Below, in pieces: positions 27,704 to 34,274 of a stretch of DNA of 34,274 nt. The first letter of the stretch is position 1. Each line of letters begins with the position of its first letter. The DNA comes from Fidelibacterota bacterium (GTDB taxonomy: Bacteria > Fidelibacterota > Marinisomatia > Marinisomatales > UBA2128), in the NCBI GenBank assembly GCA_046861645.1, contig JBHHUM010000020.1:1-34274 (forward strand). Direction: 5' to 3'. The position numbers were made by a program, and so were the translations under genes. The notes beneath the pieces are model-generated. The model was not told where the DNA came from. It saw nothing but the letters and a program-made list of their open reading frames with translations, and ran no database searches.

Positions 27704-29014
27704 TTATTTATATATAAGGTAGGATGAACGCAACTTCATAAATATTGCGCGATCAGTAGCTATTTTATCAAGTATCTCTTGAAGTGACAACTCATCATTT
27801 AGAAGTTTAGTTAATTCGTTTGTTCCATACAATCTGTTCAGACTGGCTGCATTAATTTTCAACGATTCAGGGTATAAGTTGTGAATCATATTGAGAAGTT
27901 GTATCCCAGTAACAACGGGGTTAAAAGAATTACGATCGGTTACAACAATTCTTACTCCCTTACATAATTCATTGTGATATTTTCTATGACCGCTATTTTC
28001 AGGGTGGTGTGGAGTAAATGTTACGGGTCTGAAGACAACGCCATTCATATTGAGTAGGTTTAATTTTTGAGAGAGCAGCACTTTATCTATCCAGGGAGCT
28101 CCAATTTGTATAAATGGCAAAGCTGTTCCACGTCCTTCAGAGACATTTGTTGCTTCAAGGAAACAGGTTCCCGGATAGACCGTTGCAGTCATCACATCAG
28201 GGATATTGGGGGATGTGGCTACCCAGGGAATTGTAGTTTCGTCATACCACAACTCTCGGGACCAATTTATCATGGGTATTATTTCCAGTTCCGGTGATAC
28301 TTTTAGCCAACCTTCGCCATTAATCATCCTGGCCAATTCCCCAGAAGTGAGACCATATTGAATAAGAATGGGGTAAAAGCCTACAAATGATTGGTAGTTT
28401 AAATCGAGGAGTGGACCACCCAATTTTTTTCCAGTGATGGGATTAGGTCTGTCGAGGATATACACTGGAATATTGTGCTCTCCTGCTGCTTCCATCACCA
28501 GTCCCAGGGTTGTGATATAAGTGTAAAATCGAACACCTACATCCTGAATATCATAGATCAAGAGATCAATACCCTTTAACATCTCAGCTGTTGGTTTTTT
28601 AGTCTTACCATAAAGAGAAAATATTTTAGGATTTATTTGCGATTTCTCTGACTCGTCGGAAACAGATTCGCCAGCCAGATATTGTCCAGTCAATCCATGT
28701 TCGGGTGTAAAGATTGATACGACTTGAGCAGTCGTCTTCTCTTCGATAACAACCCAATCAGGACGACCTTGTTTGTCTAATCCTGTATGGTTAGTGACAA
28801 TACCTATTCTTTTGTTGGCAACTCTATCTGGAAAATTTAGAATTAGATTTTCCAGTCCGGTTAATACTTCGACAGGTTCAACAATAATTTTTTCATCTAA
28901 ATGTTCTCTAAATTCTTCTTCATGAATGGAAGGATGTTCTTGAGTTAGAGAGGCAAGAGGCAAAAAAAGGATAAAAAATGAAATACTAAAAGTTTTAAGG
29001 GAAATTGGGATCAT
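27704..29014 (-). CDS. DUF1343 family exo-beta-N-acetylmuramidase (NamZ-like), exported
   Basis: Signal peptide, TNHTG, FTPEHG, DIQDVGVRFYTY, LDRPNP, SPNIP and SEGRGT. Confidence 0.9.
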   Translation of the reverse strand: MIPISLKTFSISFFILFLPLASLTQEHPSIHEEEFREHLDEKIIVEPVEVLTGLENLILNFPDRVANKRIGIVTNHTGLDKQGRPDWVVIEEKTTAQVVSIFTPEHGLTGQYLAGESVSDESEKSQINPKIFSLYGKTKKPTAEMLKGIDLLIYDIQDVGVRFYTYITTLGLVMEAAGEHNIPVYILDRPNPITGKKLGGPLLDLNYQSFVGFYPILIQYGLTSGELARMINGEGWLKVSPELEIIPMINWSRELWYDETTIPWVATSPNIPDVMTATVYPGTCFLEATNVSEGRGTALPFIQIGAPWIDKVLLSQKLNLLNMNGVVFRPVTFTPHHPENSGHRKYHNELCKGVRIVVTDRNSFNPVVTGIQLLNMIHNLYPESLKINAASLNRLYGTNELTKLLNDELSLQEILDKIATDRAIFMKLRSSYLIYK

Positions 29015-29019
29015 TGTCT

Positions 29020-30591
29020 TTAGAGAGTGATTTGTCTGATAGAAATTATCTCCTTGATGTTAGTGAGTTCTCTCAAGTTATCTTCCGAAATCGGAGTATC
29101 TAAACGGATAATTCCCATGGCATAGTGATGCTCAACTTTGCGACTGAGTTGATAACCAGCTATGTTAGCACCAATTTTACCCAGATACGTTCCCATTTTG
29201 CCTACGACTCCAGGTATATCTTCATTCTCTACTATAAGGAGCACACCGGTAGGATTGAGGTCAAAATGGAAGCCATTAAAATAGACAATCCGGGGATGTT
29301 TATCAGAAAAGAGACTACCCCTGATCGTCATTGATTCACCATCAGAAGAAACGGTGGTAGAAATGAGATTTACATAGTCCTCTTTACCGTGATGGTAAGT
29401 CTCTTCCACTTCGATACCATGCTGTTGAGCAATTGCCAGTGCATTCACGAAATTGATACTGCTACCGTGAGCCGATCCCAGAAATCCTTTGAGAAAGGCC
29501 AGAGTGATGAGTTTAACTTCGGTGATAGTACCACGAGTTTCTACATGAACAACATCAGTAGGTTGATTGTTGATCTGCTGTTGAAATATGCCGATCTTGG
29601 TGGCTAAATTAAGATGTGGTTCCAGGGAGCGAAGGAGAGAGAGATCAGAGATGGGGATATTGAGTGCATTTTCCAACTTACCATCGTTTAAATAATCTCT
29701 GATTTGCTCACAAACTGCCCGGGAGACTCCTTCTTTAGCTTCTTGTGTGGATGCTCCTAAATGAGGCGTAAGCAGAATATTAGGAGCTTTTGCCAAGGGA
29801 GTATCCAGAGCGGGTTCAGAGGAGAATACATCGACGGCAGAACCGGAAATAATACCCCTTTCCAGGGCGATCGATAGATCCTGTTCATTCACAACTCCAC
29901 CCCGGGCACAATTTATTAGATAACTGGATGGTTTCATTGTTTTTAGTCGTTCCATGTCGATCAAGTCTTTTGTAGTTTCCACCAAAGGTACATGAAGGGT
30001 AATTATATCACTTTCTCTGCAGAGACGATCTACATCGACGAATTCTACATAATCTAATTCATAGTTCTCAGGCTTTATGTAAGGATCATAACCCAGGATT
30101 TCCATACCGAAACCGTACAATCGTTTTATTACTTCACTGCCCACTTTTCCCAAACCTATGACACCCAGTGTTTTTCCTCTAAGTTCTGAACCTACTAATC
30201 TATGACGTTCCCACTGTCCCTCCATGAGGGAGAGGTGACCACGATGCACATTCCTGACAAGCGATAGTATTAGAGCAATTGTGTGTTCTGCTGCGGCAAT
30301 CGTGTTTACTCCAGGGGTATTCATAACAACAATTCCTCTAAGAGTAGCCTCCTGTATGTCGATGTTATCGACACCTACTCCTGCACGGCCTATCACTTTT
30401 AGCTTTGTAGCTTCTTTTAGAAGTTCTTGTGTAACTTTAGTCCCACTTCTGACTATCCAACCATCTATGTCAGGAAGGATTTTTTTTAGTTGTTCAGTAG
30501 GAGTATCAATTTTTTCTATGATTTTCAAGCTGGCACTCTTCAAAATACTCTTGCCGACATCTCCTATGGGATCAGTGATTAGAACTTGCAT
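29020..30591 (-). CDS. serA: D-3-phosphoglycerate dehydrogenase (long form with ASB and ACT domains)
   Basis: RAGVGVDNID, GLGKVG, NCARGG, TPHLGAST.EA and a C-terminal D.PGVVG..G...NI ACT domain. Confidence 0.95.
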   Translation of the reverse strand: MQVLITDPIGDVGKSILKSASLKIIEKIDTPTEQLKKILPDIDGWIVRSGTKVTQELLKEATKLKVIGRAGVGVDNIDIQEATLRGIVVMNTPGVNTIAAAEHTIALILSLVRNVHRGHLSLMEGQWERHRLVGSELRGKTLGVIGLGKVGSEVIKRLYGFGMEILGYDPYIKPENYELDYVEFVDVDRLCRESDIITLHVPLVETTKDLIDMERLKTMKPSSYLINCARGGVVNEQDLSIALERGIISGSAVDVFSSEPALDTPLAKAPNILLTPHLGASTQEAKEGVSRAVCEQIRDYLNDGKLENALNIPISDLSLLRSLEPHLNLATKIGIFQQQINNQPTDVVHVETRGTITEVKLITLAFLKGFLGSAHGSSINFVNALAIAQQHGIEVEETYHHGKEDYVNLISTTVSSDGESMTIRGSLFSDKHPRIVYFNGFHFDLNPTGVLLIVENEDIPGVVGKMGTYLGKIGANIAGYQLSRKVEHHYAMGIIRLDTPISEDNLRELTNIKEIISIRQITL

Positions 30592-31661
30592 TACATTTCC
30601 TTCAAAACTTTATCCATCATTTCTAGAAGTTCTTCTATGTCATTTAATTGCAGATTACCCATATGAGCTATCCTGAATGTCTTCCCTTTAAGTGGTCCGT
30701 AGCCACCTGAGATTAAGAAACCGTATTTCAGTAAGCGACTGGACATTTCGATAAGATCAGTATTACCTGGATTACCTGCACATGTGACCGTATCAGACTC
30801 ATAACCAGCTTCAGGAAAAAGTTCAAAATTCTGCCTGACCCATTTCCTGACTGTTTCTGCCATTGTTCTGTGACGATTGAATCTATTTTCTAACCCCTCA
30901 GCGAAGATACGGGCGAGTTGAGCTTTTAGTCCATACATATGTGGGATTGAGGGGGTAGAAGGTGTCTGCGACCTTTGAGCATATTTTTCCATTACAGTAA
31001 AATCAAAGTAATAACCCTTTTGGGGAATTTGTGAACTTCTCTCTAATATGTTTTCTGAAACAGAACAGATAGCAAATCCGGGAGGGAGGCCCCAACCTTT
31101 CTGCACACTAGCCAGTGCGATATCGATGTCTAATTTATCAATTTCAACTTTCACACTCCCCATGGAACTAACCATATCGACTAACAAAGCAACTTCAGGA
31201 AAATCGTGAATTACTTCCGCTATCTCTTCTATAGGATTCATTACTCCCGTTGATGTTTCGTTGTGGACAATAGTAATTGCATCATATTCCCCAGTTTGTA
31301 TTGTTTCCCGAACAAGTTCTGGTTTTATTGCTTTTCCTAACTCCACAGTAATTTCGTCACATTCGAACCCGCAAGCTTTGGTGATTTCATACCATCTTTT
31401 GGAGAAGGCACCGCATACAAAATTAGCGCACTTTTTTTGGACGGAGTTGCGTACTGCAGCTTCCATCAGTCCTGTAGCAGTACAAGTACCTAAATAAATT
31501 CGGTTAGTAGTAAACAGAACTTTCTGAATACCCCTCACAACTTCATTATATAACTCTGAAAATTGAGGAGTGCGGTGACCAATAGGATATTCTGCTAAAG
31601 AGTCAAGTAAATCAGCATCAACATGAGTAGGACCGGGTATAAATAATTTAGGTTTGTCCAT
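30591..31661 (-). CDS. Class V PLP aminotransferase (AGAT-like), probable phosphoserine aminotransferase by context
   Basis: FIPGPT, HNETSTGV, VDMVSS, SVQKGWGLPPG (PLP Lys) and FRIAHMG; directly upstream of serA. Confidence 0.88.
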   Translation of the reverse strand: MDKPKLFIPGPTHVDADLLDSLAEYPIGHRTPQFSELYNEVVRGIQKVLFTTNRIYLGTCTATGLMEAAVRNSVQKKCANFVCGAFSKRWYEITKACGFECDEITVELGKAIKPELVRETIQTGEYDAITIVHNETSTGVMNPIEEIAEVIHDFPEVALLVDMVSSMGSVKVEIDKLDIDIALASVQKGWGLPPGFAICSVSENILERSSQIPQKGYYFDFTVMEKYAQRSQTPSTPSIPHMYGLKAQLARIFAEGLENRFNRHRTMAETVRKWVRQNFELFPEAGYESDTVTCAGNPGNTDLIEMSSRLLKYGFLISGGYGPLKGKTFRIAHMGNLQLNDIEELLEMMDKVLKEM

Positions 31662-31663
31662 GG

Positions 31664-32887
31664 TTAAATTAACTCTAGAGATTGCATCACCATTCCAGCA
31701 CCGACCTTAGGAAAAAAGAAAGTTGACTTCTGTGGTAACACCCTACCATCCCTTGTGGTTGACATTAAATCCATAATAGACATTGGTTGCATAATAAACG
31801 CCACCTGTAATTCCCCATCGTTAACAGCCTTAAGACACTCATCTCTTTGATGAAAATACATCAGATGCTTCTTGTTAGCAATCTCGTCTGTAGTCAGTTT
31901 TAATATTTCTCTCAGAATCTTGTCTTCGAAAAGTTGGACATCCAATAAGTTTGCATCAGAGCCATTTCGGGAATAATAACGGGTAACTTTATCATCTCTA
32001 AAACTAACGGACAAATAAGTTCTGCTACTATTAGGGACTTCTTTTGTGAAAAGAGTTTCGAGACCTGTAACCAACCGGTGAGTTTTCTCAGAAGATAGAC
32101 CATGAATGCCACGGTGAGTAGGGAGAACACGCAACCCCTGACAGCTTGATGCTACGAGGTATGCCATGATATAGTCACTTTTCAAAGAGACATGATCTGA
32201 ATGATCTTTGTGAAAAGCAAGGGCGGTTTCATAGCGATGATGTCCATCCGCAATAAGAATAGGTTGTTCAGCCAGTATAGATCTAAAAGAATTGATCCAA
32301 ACGCTATCGGATGTCTGCTCGATTCGGAGATCAACCTCAGTTTCGCCATACAACTGACCACATTGAGTTTCTTCAACAGGAAAGTGCTCCAGCAAATCTT
32401 CACAGAGAAGGCCGTTATTTTCAAAAATGAAAAAGATAGGGCTGAAATTCATATGTGTCGTGTCTAAAAGATGATAGCGATCTTCTTTGGCAGCCTTATG
32501 GGTGCGCTCATGTCTTCTGATCCCATGGGTCGAGAATTCTTCCAATTTTAACAGAGTAATAAATCCATGCCTCTGTAGAATGTTATCATTGGTATCCCGA
32601 AATGATTCCGTTACTCGCCAAATACTGGGTCTATCAACGGGTAACAAAATATTGTTTTCCTTCCATTGCTGTAAAGTATTCGCTGCATTGGAATAGTGTT
32701 GTGGATCAGGCTTTCCGGCAACGGTTTCTGCTAGAGTCAGATTGACGATATTGAATGTGGAACGATGCAGCAATTCTTCTCTTTTCTGGGGCGATATAAC
32801 ATCATAAGGTGGTGCAATGACATCTGATAAATCATCAAATATCTTAGGATTGTACTGATAACCCCGGAATGGTATTATTTCTGGCAT
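31664..32887 (-). CDS. DUF1015 family protein
   Basis: I.PFRG, APPYDVIS, HE.T, IADGHHRYETA, LPTHR and LPQKSTFFFPK. Confidence 0.92.
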   Translation of the reverse strand: MPEIIPFRGYQYNPKIFDDLSDVIAPPYDVISPQKREELLHRSTFNIVNLTLAETVAGKPDPQHYSNAANTLQQWKENNILLPVDRPSIWRVTESFRDTNDNILQRHGFITLLKLEEFSTHGIRRHERTHKAAKEDRYHLLDTTHMNFSPIFFIFENNGLLCEDLLEHFPVEETQCGQLYGETEVDLRIEQTSDSVWINSFRSILAEQPILIADGHHRYETALAFHKDHSDHVSLKSDYIMAYLVASSCQGLRVLPTHRGIHGLSSEKTHRLVTGLETLFTKEVPNSSRTYLSVSFRDDKVTRYYSRNGSDANLLDVQLFEDKILREILKLTTDEIANKKHLMYFHQRDECLKAVNDGELQVAFIMQPMSIMDLMSTTRDGRVLPQKSTFFFPKVGAGMVMQSLELI

Positions 32888-32927
32888 GTTATTCTAATAT
32901 GAGCTAAGATGTCGATAAACTTGATGG

Positions 32928-32955
32928 AATTTAATATGTAGAGTATTCAATTCAA
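32928..32955 (-). promoter_or_regulatory. Candidate promoter of the DUF1015-serA operon
   Basis: TTGAAT(32955-32950)-N16-TAAATT(32933-32928). Confidence 0.35.
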
Positions 32956-33035
32956 GAGAGGTTTGGTAATTAATTCGTGTATTACAAGAATCAACCCTAT
33001 CACTACTGAAAATCATTTCTCCTGTGTAAATTAAC

Positions 33036-33458
33036 ATGCAAACCGAAAATCAAGGGAGGAACGATCTCGTGGAAGTTACACCAGTTACCTTTACACTCAC
33101 AGAAAGTGATGTAGTTAAATATCGTACCCAAATAGACAACTTTCCTTTAGAAAAACAGCAAAAAATATTGAGCGAGTTACATGGAAAGCTCAAGAAGCTT
33201 TTGGAGAAAGAGGACATTTCTACTTTTGTACTACAACTTGTACAAGATGTTGATCGCATGTTCACCGTGCTGGTTTCTAACCCCGATCTGGATATTAAAT
33301 CCCGTAAGATGATTCTATTTGCACTGAGTTATTTCATTGAAGAAAAGGATGAAATTCCAGATGAAATAGACATTTTAGGCTTTTTGGATGATGCAGTCAT
33401 TGTTCGCTGGGTAATGGATGAGCTCTTAAAACTTCACCCCGAATTTTCGTCATCATGA
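33036..33458 (+). CDS. DUF1232 (YkvA) domain protein
   Basis: AL.YF....DEIPDEI.ILGFLDDA.IV motif. Confidence 0.85.
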   Translation: MQTENQGRNDLVEVTPVTFTLTESDVVKYRTQIDNFPLEKQQKILSELHGKLKKLLEKEDISTFVLQLVQDVDRMFTVLVSNPDLDIKSRKMILFALSYFIEEKDEIPDEIDILGFLDDAVIVRWVMDELLKLHPEFSSS

Positions 33459-34147
33459 AATATTTCCGTAATATAGTTTTTTCAACAGGGTTTCTATTTT
33501 TCGGTTGCCTTAGTGATACACAATCTCTCAAACCAAAGTCTCCAGTTGATTTAAGTTTTGCTCAGGCTTATGATGCCTATTCTAGTGGCAATTACCAGAA
33601 AGCCAAGCAGCTTTTCCTCCTTCATGTCCGCACTGACCGTCATGCTGTTCATTATGAGAGTTTTATGTTCCTTGCCGAATGTTATAAACAACTAGGAATG
33701 ATAGATAGTGGTAGAGTAGTGCTTAATTCTGGAATTGCTTACATGGAAGGTTCTGGAATGAACGAGGAAGATGTGGCAGACCTGCGTAACTGGCGTTCAA
33801 GTTATCCCACCTTTCCACCGGAGTTGAGAGAAGAAAATGGCTTTGTTCCTTATAATGAAGCTCCGGCTCCTTTGGGAGGTATGAGAGCTCTGATTGAAAA
33901 CGTATTTTATCCCTGTTCTCCTTACACTTCAGGGATTCGGGGTAGAATTATAATTCAAGTCCTTATTAATGAGGAGGGGGTACCTATAGACTTTGTTATC
34001 GAGAAATCACTTCACGAAGATTGTGATCTAATGGCGATTAGTGCTATTCAGAACACCGTGTTTATACCAGGAAAGCGCAAGGGGAGAGCGAGGAAAATGT
34101 GGGTGGCCATTCCGATTGACATTGGGACTCACGTCCAGAGATTTTGA
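33455..34147 (+). CDS. Lipoprotein with a TPR-like region and a TonB C-terminal domain
   Basis: Lipobox FFGC, a TPR-like helix pair (AY..GNYQKAK; LAECY..LG), then P.P.GG..L...YP...GI.G.+.+Q.LI.E.G...F.PG..G. Confidence 0.8.
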   Translation: MKYFRNIVFSTGFLFFGCLSDTQSLKPKSPVDLSFAQAYDAYSSGNYQKAKQLFLLHVRTDRHAVHYESFMFLAECYKQLGMIDSGRVVLNSGIAYMEGSGMNEEDVADLRNWRSSYPTFPPELREENGFVPYNEAPAPLGGMRALIENVFYPCSPYTSGIRGRIIIQVLINEEGVPIDFVIEKSLHEDCDLMAISAIQNTVFIPGKRKGRARKMWVAIPIDIGTHVQRF

Positions 34148-34274
34148 TCAGTATTATACCTGTGAATATAATAATGTTCATCAGGATAATAGATATCAGT
34201 AAAATATCGATTAATAAATTATGTCTATGTTCCATAAACTTCCTGAATTAGACATAATAAAAACATTCAACACC

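Noticed and set aside
1..34274. CRISPR arrays, rRNA, prophage or defence genes, and stop-codon recoding
   Set aside because: No spaced direct repeats, rRNA-like sequence or phage/defence motifs were seen. TAA, TAG and TGA all end genes at expected lengths. The other short ORF-track entries are shadows within well-supported genes.

Overview
Bacterial chromosomal segment of about 38-40% GC (estimated by eye), standard genetic code. Gene content and style suggest an FCB-superphylum organism such as Ca. Marinimicrobia; this is inference only. From left to right: (1) the left end of a frameshifted IS256-like element, then an SQR-like flavoprotein, an RNase HII-YraN fusion, lepB and several uncharacterised envelope or coiled-coil genes; (2) a candidate orphan small RNA with two tandem sigma70 promoters, tRNA-Leu(CAA), gpsA, tRNA-Arg(CCT) and a second, 5'-truncated tRNA-Arg(CCT) fragment; (3) a TPR gene and the core rimP-nusA-infB-rbfA-truB-ribF-rpsO-pnp cluster, followed by a polysaccharide deacetylase whose conserved N-terminus has no ATG/GTG/TTG start, only an SD-preceded ACG; (4) a five-gene SDR/amidohydrolase/TIGR02206/DASS transporter operon; (5) a convergent operon DUF1015-class V aminotransferase-serA-namZ-HGSNAT/NagX; (6) a DUF1232 gene and a TonB-C lipoprotein gene. 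The most notable items are the candidate sRNA, the tRNA fragment, the DUF1015-linked serine pathway with no serB in the operon, the ACG start and the RNase HII-YraN fusion. No database searches could be run; all family calls come from motif recognition.
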